From positions 65,920 through 129,919 of the forward strand of contig JBAZMQ010000002.1 in NCBI GenBank assembly GCA_041649675.1: a stretch of DNA of 64,000 nucleotides, given 5' to 3'. Below the pieces are notes generated by a model that did no database searches, was not told where the DNA came from, and saw only the letters and a list, made by a program, of their open reading frames with translations. The position numbers were made by a program, and so were the translations under genes. This document shows, one piece after another, positions 31,400-40,673 of this stretch. Position 1 is the stretch's first letter, and each line of letters opens with the position of its first letter. The stretch is from Patescibacteria group bacterium. Lineage in GTDB: Bacteria > Patescibacteriota > Patescibacteriia > Buchananbacterales > UBA6539.

Positions 31400-34300
31400 T
31401 TATTGGACACATTCTTCACCGCTTGGACAGTCATCTTTGTTATCACAACCAATAGCTGTAGTCGTCTTGCAATGACGGCAAGGAATTGCACTCTTAGAAC
31501 CGTTGCAACAGTAAGGTTCAGTTCGACTAACCTGGCAACAACTGCCTGGATTGCTTGCTAAATCACAAAAGTTAATACAATGTTGACCAACGGGGCAATC
31601 CAAGTCACCAGTACAGGCTAAATTAGTTGTGGCGCTGCAATGGGTATAAGAATCACAAGTTTCACCAGTCGGACAATCACTATTCAAATTACAAGCTGTA
31701 GTTTTAGTTAAGTTGCAATTACCATTCAAAGCCTTTGGACCTTCGGAAGGCAAATAACAATTTTGATAGACATCCTGAATACCAGAACCAATCTCCGTAC
31801 CGTAATCAGTTACTTCAGCCAGTTTGGTATGGAAAAGTAAAGTCTGAGTTCGGTCGGCGTAAGTATCAAGCGGCGGCAAATCAATATCGCGTTTACCTAC
31901 CCACCAACCGACTTGAAAAGTAGATGGATTAACCAAGGTAACATAACGTTTATTCAAACAACGTTTAGAACCACAATCACTGTTTTGTTCACAAAAAGTC
32001 TGGGTGGTCTCATTTTTACATTTATTATCCTGGCAAGTCTCGCCCTGCTTGGTGTTACAGTCCTTACTTTCTGTACTCGGGTCACAATAGCAATAGCCAT
32101 CGCGATAGTTACTGCCGGATTTGAGAGTGCTGCTCATCATTACCTGATCAAAAGCCGCTTCAACCGGTAAAGTTAAGCTGACGCCATTGGCCGCAATGTT
32201 TGGACCAACCGAGACTAGATTGGCTGGTGTTAATTTAAGACCTTTGTTGATGAAAAAATACCAAATTAAATCATCACCTTGAGAGTCAGGCAAATTAACA
32301 CACTTATTGCCACTGCCACAGGTACTATCACTAGAACAATATTTTGTCTGATCGTTGGAACAGACTTTGTTTAAGGCATAAGCCGGCTTGCCGCTTTGGT
32401 TGCCGATTTCCGTATTAACATCAATGTAACCCGGACCTTCAGCCCGACCAAAAATACTGCCGCTAGCCATGGCATAAATATTATTATTACCGTTAAAAGA
32501 ATTATTGGCGGCATCAGTTAAACCGCCGGCTGGATTTGCCGCCTGCGGATAAAAAGCATTTACCGTATCCGGTGCGGTACCAAAAACTCCCTGACAAACT
32601 TTGCTGCCGTCTGCTGCGGCCACACAAGTGGTAAAACCAGGGTCAGTACATTTCTTTTCAGCATCATCACAATCCTTTAATTTACCGGCCTTAATAAAGA
32701 CTCGGTATTTGGTGGCGTCAATATCAGCCAGCGCCGGCAAACAATAAACCTTATCGCCGCAGGAATTTTTTACTGATTCACAGCTACCACCGCCACAAGT
32801 TAAAGACTCACTGCAAGCTTGACCATCTTTGGTTCCGCCGTAGCAAATCTTGCATTGATTTTCTGGAATAAATTCAACTGTTTGGTATTGATTACTGACT
32901 AAAAATTTACCGGCCACATCGGTCCAGGTTGGAGTTTGGGTCGGATTAGAATTACTGTTATATTGGACTTTAATTGCTGTTCCGGCTTGAGCCGCAATCG
33001 GATCAATTGGTTCATTAAAATCAATAGTAATAATTGTATTTCTTGGTTTATCAGCCGCGTCGTTGGCTGTAGAATTCAATTCTGAGTCACTGCCAATAGT
33101 AGTGCTGATTGTTGCCCAATCAGCCCCGCTTGGCTTAGTATCAACCATAAAATTACCAGCATGACCAATAATGCCTGATGTCAAAGTGACTTTATTGCCA
33201 TCAAGTACCGCGGTGATTGGCGGCGTCAGGCTGTCAGCTGCGATTTTTTTCTGAATATTTCCAGCGGTAACAGCTGGCGCACCAACGGCAATATCAGTGC
33301 CAAAAGTGTAAACTTTATTAGCAATCCGTAAACCATCTGGCTGGGTAAAAGATGTTAAGGTTACTTCCCATTGATCAGCGCCATTACTAGGATTAATAAA
33401 GGATAAGGTAATTCCATCGCCTAAAGTTAAGGTGTTATTAGCGATAGTGTAGCTAGACGGTGCCCCGTCGCGAAGGGGCGACCAAGTGGCCGCAGCGCTG
33501 GTTTTAGTCGCTCCACTATTTAGCAACAAAGTAACCTTTCCGTTATAAGTACCATTATAATTACCATTAGTCACAATTTTTGGCATCGCACTTGGACTTT
33601 CACCATCCATGTTGGCGGCACTACAAGCCGGGTCAGCCATATCAATTTTGCCATTACTATTATTATCAATTCCATCCGCGCAGGCATAAGTTGGCGCTCT
33701 TCTAACAGCACTAACCGTAGCGCCACTATAAGTCCTGGGAGTACCAGTAATAGTAATTTGGGCTATGGCCGCAGTGCCAATAGTGGCAGAATACTTGTCA
33801 GCTTCATTATCCGGCTGCGGAAAAACACCACTGTTTTCAACTGGGTCTAAATCTAGGTGAGTGCCAATTTCAAACCGCCACATGAAATAATTACTACTGC
33901 CAGGAAATGCCGTATCACCATTATCTTTCTTTACTCCATTACCTAATTTGACAGCATACCAAACATTATTAGTGCCATCACCCAAATACTGAACGGGTTG
34001 GAAAGTAAAGGTTAAGCCGTCAACACTAGAGGCACTAACATTGGTTAATTTATTCTTATCAATTTCGGCTTCTGACAGTTTATAAATATAAGGATAAATC
34101 TTGACATTATCAGCATTCACTAAACCAGAACAAGGGGCAGCCACGCTGCAAGCTTCTGCCGCCTCTTTAATCAAAGTATCCGGTTTCATTTTGACTTTGA
34201 AAGTCACCATGATTTTGGTATTTCTGGCAACATCACGGGCTAACGGCAACGGATAAACACTTTGGATGATTCCATTGCCTAAGTGACCGCAGTTTTCGCA

Positions 34301-34729
34301 GCCAATCGGCGGCTGGACAGTACCACCCGGACCACCCGGACGAAAGCTGTCTTGAAGCATATTAATAATAAAGCTAACGATACTGAAGGCTGAAAAAATA
34401 ATTAGCAAACCAATGGCCGCATTACGTAAAATCCGTTTGGCTTGATCAATTTTTTCAGCGTTGCCAGCTGAAGTCATCCAAATATAGCCGGCATAAATGA
34501 TGATTACAATAGCAATAATGCCAACTAAGCCCAAAAAGATTTGGATAATCCTCATGATGGTCACCCTGATGTCTTGAGTGCTTAAGCCAGTGGCCGTGCC
34601 GTAACTTAAACCGGTGTCTAAAGCGGCCCAAACCGGAGAAACCAACATTAAAAATAAAACTACCAGTCCAAAAATAAGCATGGTAGTTCTATTTCTCTGG
34701 GAACTGAAAAAGTTTTTTTGTTTATTCAT
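31400..34729 (-). CDS. large (1109 aa) surface protein with the same pilin-like N-terminal domain (paralog of the giant gene's N-terminus) and a Cys-rich C-terminus
   Basis: N-terminus AALDTGLSYGTATGLSTQDIRVTIMRIIQIFLGLVGIIAIVIIIYAGYIWMTSAGNAEKIDQAKRILRNAAIGLLIIFSAF mirrors the giant protein. MopE-like CADGIDNNSNGKIDMADPAC motif present. SD GGGAG 8 nt upstream of the ATG. 21-nt gap to the giant gene. Confidence 0.8.
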   Translation of the reverse strand: MNKQKNFFSSQRNRTTMLIFGLVVLFLMLVSPVWAALDTGLSYGTATGLSTQDIRVTIMRIIQIFLGLVGIIAIVIIIYAGYIWMTSAGNAEKIDQAKRILRNAAIGLLIIFSAFSIVSFIINMLQDSFRPGGPGGTVQPPIGCENCGHLGNGIIQSVYPLPLARDVARNTKIMVTFKVKMKPDTLIKEAAEACSVAAPCSGLVNADNVKIYPYIYKLSEAEIDKNKLTNVSASSVDGLTFTFQPVQYLGDGTNNVWYAVKLGNGVKKDNGDTAFPGSSNYFMWRFEIGTHLDLDPVENSGVFPQPDNEADKYSATIGTAAIAQITITGTPRTYSGATVSAVRRAPTYACADGIDNNSNGKIDMADPACSAANMDGESPSAMPKIVTNGNYNGTYNGKVTLLLNSGATKTSAAATWSPLRDGAPSSYTIANNTLTLGDGITLSFINPSNGADQWEVTLTSFTQPDGLRIANKVYTFGTDIAVGAPAVTAGNIQKKIAADSLTPPITAVLDGNKVTLTSGIIGHAGNFMVDTKPSGADWATISTTIGSDSELNSTANDAADKPRNTIITIDFNEPIDPIAAQAGTAIKVQYNSNSNPTQTPTWTDVAGKFLVSNQYQTVEFIPENQCKICYGGTKDGQACSESLTCGGGSCESVKNSCGDKVYCLPALADIDATKYRVFIKAGKLKDCDDAEKKCTDPGFTTCVAAADGSKVCQGVFGTAPDTVNAFYPQAANPAGGLTDAANNSFNGNNNIYAMASGSIFGRAEGPGYIDVNTEIGNQSGKPAYALNKVCSNDQTKYCSSDSTCGSGNKCVNLPDSQGDDLIWYFFINKGLKLTPANLVSVGPNIAANGVSLTLPVEAAFDQVMMSSTLKSGSNYRDGYCYCDPSTESKDCNTKQGETCQDNKCKNETTQTFCEQNSDCGSKRCLNKRYVTLVNPSTFQVGWWVGKRDIDLPPLDTYADRTQTLLFHTKLAEVTDYGTEIGSGIQDVYQNCYLPSEGPKALNGNCNLTKTTACNLNSDCPTGETCDSYTHCSATTNLACTGDLDCPVGQHCINFCDLASNPGSCCQVSRTEPYCCNGSKSAIPCRHCKTTTAIGCDNKDDCPSGEECVQ

Positions 34730-34755
34730 AAGTTTACTCCCTGTAAAAAATATAA

Positions 34756-34784
34756 ATAATATATATTAAATAATTTGTTCCCAA
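34756..34784 (-). promoter_or_regulatory. candidate sigma70-like promoter (TTGGGA-17-TATTAT) for the giant-protein operon
   Basis: Read on the minus strand about 25 nt upstream of the SD of gene 31400-34729. Inference only, in a very AT-rich context. Confidence 0.25.
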
Positions 34785-34821
34785 ATTATATTCTTTAAAG
34801 TCTCCTTTTAAACTTTAAAGA

Positions 34822-35277
34822 CTATTTTTTGCTACTTAATTCCTCTTTAACTAGCTGACTAACAACATTACCATCCGCCTGACCAGCCAACTCCTTCATG
34901 ACCAAACCCATTACTTTGCCTGTGTCTTGCGGACCTAAAGCTCCAACTTTCTTAATAATTTCCGCAATTTTTTGTCTGATCACTTCTGGCTCAATTTCCG
35001 CCGGTAGATATTTACTGATAATTTCAATTTCTTTGCTTTCTTTATCAGCCAACTCTTGGCGTCCGCCTTGGACGTAGAGAGCAATGGCATCCTTTCTTTT
35101 CTTTATTTCGCTTCTCAATAACTTAATCACTTCTGGCTCAGTCAATTTCTGCCGATTTTTAGCAATTTCCGCGTTAGTCACAGCCGATTTAAGCTGACGT
35201 AAAACCAAAACTACCAGCTCATTTTTTGCTTTAAATGCCTGGTTAAAATCCTGTTCCAACTGTGTTAGCACGTCCAT
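34822..35277 (-). CDS. GatB/YqeY domain protein
   Basis: 151-aa ORF with typical GatB/YqeY-family length and sequence features, adjacent to rpsU (conserved rpsU-yqeY neighbourhood). Confidence 0.75.
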   Translation of the reverse strand: MDVLTQLEQDFNQAFKAKNELVVLVLRQLKSAVTNAEIAKNRQKLTEPEVIKLLRSEIKKRKDAIALYVQGGRQELADKESKEIEIISKYLPAEIEPEVIRQKIAEIIKKVGALGPQDTGKVMGLVMKELAGQADGNVVSQLVKEELSSKK

Positions 35278-35283
35278 TGGATT

Positions 35284-35523
35284 TTAGCGGTAATTACTAG
35301 TATTTTCTTCTTTTAATTTACCAATTTTTTTCAAATATTCCCGTTTTTCCCGGATATCTTTTTTTCGTAAAGCTTCCCGGCGAACTTTGTTCTTGTTCTT
35401 TGGTTTTTCGTGAAAACGAATTTTTCGGGACTGAATCAATCGGCCGCTTTGTTGTAATTTTTTATGAAACCTTCGGACTAAACTCTCAAAAGTTTCGCTT
35501 TTCTTTCTTTTTACTTCTGACAC
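35284..35523 (-). CDS. rpsU: 30S ribosomal protein S21
   Basis: 79-aa highly basic protein; FESLVRRFHKKLQQSGRL...RFHEKPKNKNKVRREALRKK matches the S21 pattern. Confidence 0.85.
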   Translation of the reverse strand: MSEVKRKKSETFESLVRRFHKKLQQSGRLIQSRKIRFHEKPKNKNKVRREALRKKDIREKREYLKKIGKLKEENTSNYR

Positions 35524-35632
35524 CTGATATTCACCTCCTTAGTGTGAATGAATCGATTAATTTTTAAATAAAATTTTATTAGATTAACTGTCTTTACAAT
35601 AACATCTTCCGCTAAATAAGTCAACAATTAAA

Positions 35633-36967
35633 TTAAGATGTACGATTAGCCAATTTTTTCTTAATCTCATTAACTGTCTTGTTAAAATCAATAATCTCCT
35701 GAACCCCACTTTCCATGTCCCGAATCAAAATTGTCCCATCCATTACCTCTTTCTGCCCCAAAATCAAAGCGTATTTGACCTTCAATTTATTAGATATTTC
35801 CAATTGTGATTTGAGACTGTCTTTGGAAAAGCTTTCAGCCACTTTAATATTTTCCTTACGTAGTTGTTCAAATAAAATCAAAGCTTTGATTTTAGCTTGA
35901 TCACCAATCTGAGCTAAAAATACTTCAGGCTGATCGTCATTAGGAATTTTAACTTCCTTCTGCCTTAATTGACTAATTATTCTTTCAATACCAACGGCCA
36001 CTCCTACTGCCGGAGTCGGCCGGCCACCAAGCAATTCAACTAAGCCATCATATCGCCCGCCGCCGCACAACGCACTTTGAGCGCCTTCTTTGACTTCTTT
36101 TGGCCAAACCTCAAAAACGGTTCGGGTGTAATAATCCAAACCACGAACCAAATAAGGATTTAATTTATAAGAAACATTTAATTCGTCTAAATAGTTTACT
36201 AATTTCATAAAATGATTCTTGCAATCTTCGTCTAACCAATCAATAATTTGTGGCGCATCAGCTTTGGCAATCTGACAAGTCGGATTTTTGCAGTCCAAAA
36301 GACGCAACGGATTTTTGACCAAGCGCTTTTTGCAGTCTTCGCAAAGTAATTTTCTCTTACTCTTATAATAAGTGGTTAATTCTTGAATATAAGTTTTGCG
36401 GCATTGAGGACAACCAATACTATTAACCTGGATACTGATTTGATCTAAACCGATTTGGTTAAAAAAGTTGTTAACTACCACAATTATTTGAGCATCAATT
36501 ACCGGATTATCATCGCCTAAAATTTCAAAACCAAATTGGTGAAATTGGCGCTGGCGGCCAGATTGCGGCCTTTCGCGCCGAAACATTGGTCCCCAATAAA
36601 AAAGTTTGACTGGCTGAGGCAAATTAGCCATACCATGATTAATATAAGCTCGGGCGATAGAAGCTGTCGCTTCCGGCCGTAAAACTACCAAACCATCACT
36701 TTGATCGGCAAAACTAAACATCTCTTTTTCAACAATATCGGTCTGTTTACCGATTGAACGAACAAAAAGATTAGCTTCTTCCAAAATCGGCGAATCAATC
36801 CGGTCAAAGCCATAGCCAAAAGCAAAACTTTCAGCGGCTTGGCGAATGAAATGCCAATAATTCTGTTCGGCGGGTAAAATATCTTTAAACCCACGCAAAA
36901 GTTGAGAAGTTTTTTGCGCCGCTGGAATTTTACCGACTTTTTTAATTTTTTTATCAACAGATTTCAT
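35633..36967 (-). CDS. hisS: histidyl-tRNA synthetase
   Basis: Class II aaRS motifs (RGFKDILP, LRPEATASIARAY, GGGRYDGL) and a C-terminal anticodon-binding domain. Confidence 0.9.
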   Translation of the reverse strand: MKSVDKKIKKVGKIPAAQKTSQLLRGFKDILPAEQNYWHFIRQAAESFAFGYGFDRIDSPILEEANLFVRSIGKQTDIVEKEMFSFADQSDGLVVLRPEATASIARAYINHGMANLPQPVKLFYWGPMFRRERPQSGRQRQFHQFGFEILGDDNPVIDAQIIVVVNNFFNQIGLDQISIQVNSIGCPQCRKTYIQELTTYYKSKRKLLCEDCKKRLVKNPLRLLDCKNPTCQIAKADAPQIIDWLDEDCKNHFMKLVNYLDELNVSYKLNPYLVRGLDYYTRTVFEVWPKEVKEGAQSALCGGGRYDGLVELLGGRPTPAVGVAVGIERIISQLRQKEVKIPNDDQPEVFLAQIGDQAKIKALILFEQLRKENIKVAESFSKDSLKSQLEISNKLKVKYALILGQKEVMDGTILIRDMESGVQEIIDFNKTVNEIKKKLANRTS

Positions 36968-36971
36968 AAAA

Positions 36972-37589
36972 TTATAAATTATAATTTAAATTATTTGTAA
37001 GTATTCCAATCCGGTTAACGGGCCAACCCCGCCAGAGAGTTTTGCCAACGACATATTCTCGCTTAACCGGGCCAAAAGCTCTTGAATCCAAACTATGAAG
37101 CCGATTATCCCCCAACAAATAATACTCATCTGATTTTAATGTTACTTCAACATCACCCAAAGTCAGGGTACCTTCGGCCAAATAATCTTCTTCCAACAAC
37201 ATACCGTTAGGATATTTAGCATTAAAAATAAAAACTTGACCATCACCGACTCTAACTTTTTCACCGGGCAAACCAATAACGCGCTTAATAAAAAATTGGC
37301 TAGTATCAAACGGGTAACGAAAAACTACAACGTCGCCGCGCTCGGGCTCGCCTAGCCGATAACCAATTTCATTAATTATTAAATATTCATGATCAAAAAA
37401 ACTTGGTTCCATGGAAGCACCCTTAACATAGAAAGGTTTAATTAAAAAATAACGAACCGGCACGATAATTGCCAAAGAGATTACAACGACCTTAAAAACC
37501 TCCCAAAGAAAAATTAGAATTTGTTTGGCGGCTGAAAGATCTTGGTCTTGAATATGAGGTGGGTATTTATCTTTTTTAAACAGACTCAT
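36972..37589 (-). CDS. lepB: signal peptidase I
   Basis: S26 motifs VKGASMEPSF (Ser box) and LLGDNRLHSLDSR. Confidence 0.85.
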   Translation of the reverse strand: MSLFKKDKYPPHIQDQDLSAAKQILIFLWEVFKVVVISLAIIVPVRYFLIKPFYVKGASMEPSFFDHEYLIINEIGYRLGEPERGDVVVFRYPFDTSQFFIKRVIGLPGEKVRVGDGQVFIFNAKYPNGMLLEEDYLAEGTLTLGDVEVTLKSDEYYLLGDNRLHSLDSRAFGPVKREYVVGKTLWRGWPVNRIGILTNNLNYNL

Positions 37590-37673
37590 TTTTTTAGAAT
37601 TACGAATTATGAATTATGAATAAGGGAAGGAATGACCTGCCTAATTCCTAATTCTTAATTCCTAATTCTTTCT

Positions 37674-38399
37674 CTACAGTCGATCCGGATAATTAGTAAT
37701 AATACCATCAATACCCAATCCTTTAAGATAATCAATCTTTTTTATATCATCAACCGTCCAGGCACAAATTCTAATCCCTTTCCTTTTGAAAAGTTCAACT
37801 TTCTTTTTGTTTAAAAAATGATAATTGATACAAAGATAACTAGCATTTGCTCGTTTTACCAGCCAGCTAATATAATATTTAGTTATTGGCAAAAATAAAA
37901 CCGCTAAAAAATCCATAATAAACCAAAAAGAAAATACGTTTCCGGCTCGAAAAACTAAAGCTGTTGTAATTGCTGGTTCTAATTGTTCGGCAACTCTAAT
38001 CTCCGAAGCCAGATTTGAAGAAATCATGATATCTTCAAAATTGACCTTATAATCCCGCAAGGTTTGAACAATAATTTGAGCACTATTATTGGCTTTTATT
38101 TCAATATCCAAACCAACTTTACCATCAATCACTTCTAAAACCTCACCTAGAGTTGGGATGGTTTCACCTTCAACCAATTTCAATTCTTTAACTTGCTGCA
38201 AAGTCAGTTTGTCAATCCGGCCTCGAGTTTGAGTTAAGCGCTTCAAATTATTATCATGAATTACAATCGGATGTTTATCTTTAGTAATCCGAACGTCAAA
38301 TTCAATCATGTCAACGCCCAACTCCAAGGCCTTGCGAAAAGATGATAAAGTATTTTCCGGCGCGTAAGCTTTGGCACCGCGGTGACCGATTCTTAACAT
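37674..38399 (-). CDS. glycerophosphodiester phosphodiesterase family protein
   Basis: N-terminal IGHRGA...ENTLSSF...D.IEFDV...HD GDPD signature; hydrophobic C-terminal segment. Confidence 0.8.
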   Translation of the reverse strand: MLRIGHRGAKAYAPENTLSSFRKALELGVDMIEFDVRITKDKHPIVIHDNNLKRLTQTRGRIDKLTLQQVKELKLVEGETIPTLGEVLEVIDGKVGLDIEIKANNSAQIIVQTLRDYKVNFEDIMISSNLASEIRVAEQLEPAITTALVFRAGNVFSFWFIMDFLAVLFLPITKYYISWLVKRANASYLCINYHFLNKKKVELFKRKGIRICAWTVDDIKKIDYLKGLGIDGIITNYPDRL

Positions 38400-38440
38400 A
38401 AATACAAAAAATTAAATAACACTATTTTCTAAAAATGTGA

Positions 38441-38620
38441 ACCCCGCCCGCTTCGCCTTGCCATTGTTTGCTTGGTGGGTTCGAGAGGACTCGAACCTCT
38501 GACCTCTGCAATGTGAATGCAGCGCTCTAACCAACTGAGCTACGAACCCTTAAACACAATTCTAATTCTCATTTTAATTTACTTTAAGGCGGTAAAGCAA
38601 GGCGGGCGGGTAACCTCCGC
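38441..38620. repeat. GC-rich inverted repeats flanking tRNA-Val (arms about 38441-38470 and 38591-38620; core GCAAGGCG..GGGCGGG)
   Basis: The reverse complement of 38441-38470 (gcaaacaatggcaaggcgaagcgggcggggttcac) aligns with 38591-38617 (ggtaaagcaaggcgggcgggtaacc). Confidence 0.5.
38473..38549 (-). tRNA. tRNA-Val (anticodon CAC)
   Basis: Minus-strand sequence GGGTTCGTAGCTCAGTTGGTTAGAGCGCTGCATTCACATTGCAGAGGTCAGAGGTTCGAGTCCTCTCGAACCCACCA folds as a canonical cloverleaf with a 7-nt anticodon loop TTCACAT; CCA is encoded. Confidence 0.85.
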
Positions 38621-38757
38621 CAAAGGCGGATGCGCCTCTGGCGCAAGCTGAGCTACAGACCCCCTCTATTTTAAATTATACTGATTCGCCGACTTCGGTG
38701 CGGGGTAAAAAAAGAAAGCGTTTGGGTTCACGATACACCTAAATATTACGCCTTGGT

Positions 38758-38898
38758 GTATGCCCGGTAGTAGTCCCTCGCCTAAATTATTTTTTGGCCA
38801 GAGAATAAACTTTTTTGCTCAAGTTAAAAATAATATATTACCCTAGTAGTAAAAGTAATTACCCCCTTAAGAGGGATCACTACCGGGTATGCCCGGTA
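38758..38898. repeat. imperfect inverted repeat / long hairpin (arms 38758-38779 and 38871-38890; second arm also forms a local 7-bp palindrome TACCGGGtatgCCCGGTA)
   Basis: Arm 1 ATGCCCGGTAGTAGTCCCTC and the reverse complement of arm 2 TACCCGGTAGTGATCCCTC match 17/19; spacer about 90 nt; no ORF. Confidence 0.55.
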
Positions 38899-38915
38899 AT
38901 TTTAACTATTAACTT

Positions 38916-38971
38916 TTAGCTTACAGCTATTAGATTTCATTAAACCTGCTAAAAGCTATAAGCTAACAGCT
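38916..38971. repeat. palindromic element (TTAGCTTACAGCTATTAG ... TAAAAGCTATAAGCTAACAGCT); the 3' arm is a 22-nt exact copy of 47633-47654
   Basis: Stem about 15/17 with a 16-nt loop. The same palindrome family flanks the four-helix-bundle gene at 47279-47635. Confidence 0.6.
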
Positions 38972-39045
38972 TCAAACTACGTTAATATAGCACATATAAT
39001 AAGATAATTCAAGCCAAAAATTGGCCAAAAATACGAAAAAAATAC

Positions 39046-39075
39046 TTGACAAAAGCATTAATTACCAACTATACT
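39046..39075 (+). promoter_or_regulatory. candidate sigma70-like promoter TTGACA-18-TATACT upstream of the LCP gene
   Basis: Consensus -35 hexamer at 39046-39051 and near-consensus -10 at 39070-39075, about 50-95 nt upstream of candidate start codons. Confidence 0.35.
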
Positions 39076-39125
39076 ACCTCTTTAAACACGACTAAATCAC
39101 CTTGTCAAGTAGTAATTCATTCTAA

Positions 39126-40673
39126 TTGCCATTTCAACTTTTTTATGGCACAATTAAAGCATTAAAAATTATGCGATCTCATATTGATTTTTTAGATGAA
39201 AAAGACAAACTAGTTGCTAAGCCAAAAAAGAAAAAACTTAGATTGATTAGCAAAATTATTATCTACCTATTAATAATCGGCGGTATTCTTTTTGTTTCCT
39301 CAACTTACGGCATAATTACTTCCGGTGAACATCTAGCCCAAACTTTCGGTAATGTCAGTTTATGGGGACAAATTAAACATTTAATCAGCAGTGATAGTAA
39401 AAAAATAGCCGGGCAAGACGAAGATAGAATTAATATCCTCCTTCTGGGTATTGGCGGTGAAAACCATGATGGCCCCTATTTAACTGATACCAATATCATT
39501 GTCAGCTTCAAACCGTCAACCAAACAAGTAGCTCTAATTTCCATTCCCCGTGACTTATTAGTTCCAATCCCCAATTACGGCTGGCTAAAAATAAATCACG
39601 CCGATGCTTACGGTGAGTTAGCTAACCCCGGCCGTGGCGGGGAATTAAGCAGCCAAGTGGTCAGCAATGTATTCAATATTCCAATTCATTATTATGTTCG
39701 CATTGATTTTTCTGGCTTTAAACAGATCGTTGATGATTTAGGCGGCATAACAGTAAATGTTGAAAATACCCTGGACGACCCAATGTACCCGGTGGCTGGC
39801 AAAGAAAATGCCACTACTACCCAAAGATATGAGCATCTTTACATAAAACCCGGCCAGCAATACCTGAACGGCAGCTTAGCTTTAAAGTTTGTTCGCTCGC
39901 GCCACGCCCTAGGGATTGAAGGTTCTGATTTTGCCCGAAGTAAACGGCAACAAAAAGTATTAATGGCAATCAAAGATAAAGGTTTATCTTTTGGCACTTT
40001 AATTAATCCTTACAAAATCAGCCGGGTCATGGATACTTTAAGCCAACATCTAGCAACCAATCTACAAGTTTGGGAAATTATTGAACTTTATAACCTCGGC
40101 CGAAATATTGATGAACAAAATATTATCAACCGGGTAGTTGATGACAGTCCCGATGGTCCGCTATATGATGCTATTACCGAACAAGGTGCTTTTGTTTTAA
40201 AACCTAAGGCCGGAAATTTTTCCGAGCTGCAAGAAATTGCTCAAAATATTTTTAATTACTCACTAGTTGAAGAAGAAAAATCAGTTACCACTAATATTGA
40301 GCCAAAAAAAGTTACTACCAATACTAATACCAACACCAGCAGCACCAACCCGACCATAGCTAAACCAAAAAAGATTGAGATTCAAAATGGCACCAAAATT
40401 AACGGCTTGGCCTCACGCACCGCGCTTTATCTAAAAAGTTTAGGTTATCAAATAGTAAAAATGGGTAATGCCCCAACCCAAGACTACCAAAAAACTGTTA
40501 TTTATAATCTAAGTACCGATTCAAACAACAAAACAGCAGAGAATATTGCCAAACTTTTAGATTCAGAAGTAGCCAGCGCTTTGCCCGATTGGGTAACTTC
40601 AACTTCAACCCGTAAAGTTAGTGCCAGTGCTGAAGTTTTAATTATTTTGGGCCAAGATCGGCAAGACCTATGA
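39126..40673 (+). CDS. LytR-CpsA-Psr (LCP) family cell-envelope phosphotransferase with C-terminal LytR_C-like domain
   Basis: N-terminal TM helix, then RINILLLGIGG...PRDLLVPIP...VRIDFSGFKQIVDDLGGITV LCP core. Alternative start at ATG 39171. Confidence 0.8.
   Translation: MPFQLFYGTIKALKIMRSHIDFLDEKDKLVAKPKKKKLRLISKIIIYLLIIGGILFVSSTYGIITSGEHLAQTFGNVSLWGQIKHLISSDSKKIAGQDEDRINILLLGIGGENHDGPYLTDTNIIVSFKPSTKQVALISIPRDLLVPIPNYGWLKINHADAYGELANPGRGGELSSQVVSNVFNIPIHYYVRIDFSGFKQIVDDLGGITVNVENTLDDPMYPVAGKENATTTQRYEHLYIKPGQQYLNGSLALKFVRSRHALGIEGSDFARSKRQQKVLMAIKDKGLSFGTLINPYKISRVMDTLSQHLATNLQVWEIIELYNLGRNIDEQNIINRVVDDSPDGPLYDAITEQGAFVLKPKAGNFSELQEIAQNIFNYSLVEEEKSVTTNIEPKKVTTNTNTNTSSTNPTIAKPKKIEIQNGTKINGLASRTALYLKSLGYQIVKMGNAPTQDYQKTVIYNLSTDSNNKTAENIAKLLDSEVASALPDWVTSTSTRKVSASAEVLIILGQDRQDL

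Noticed and set aside
38586-38667. A second complete tRNA gene next to tRNA-Val
   Set aside because: The sequence GGGGGTCTGTAGCTCAGC... has an acceptor/D-arm-like 5' end, but no matching 3' acceptor strand, T-arm or 7-nt anticodon loop could be found. It is kept only as a tRNA-like fragment in the findings.
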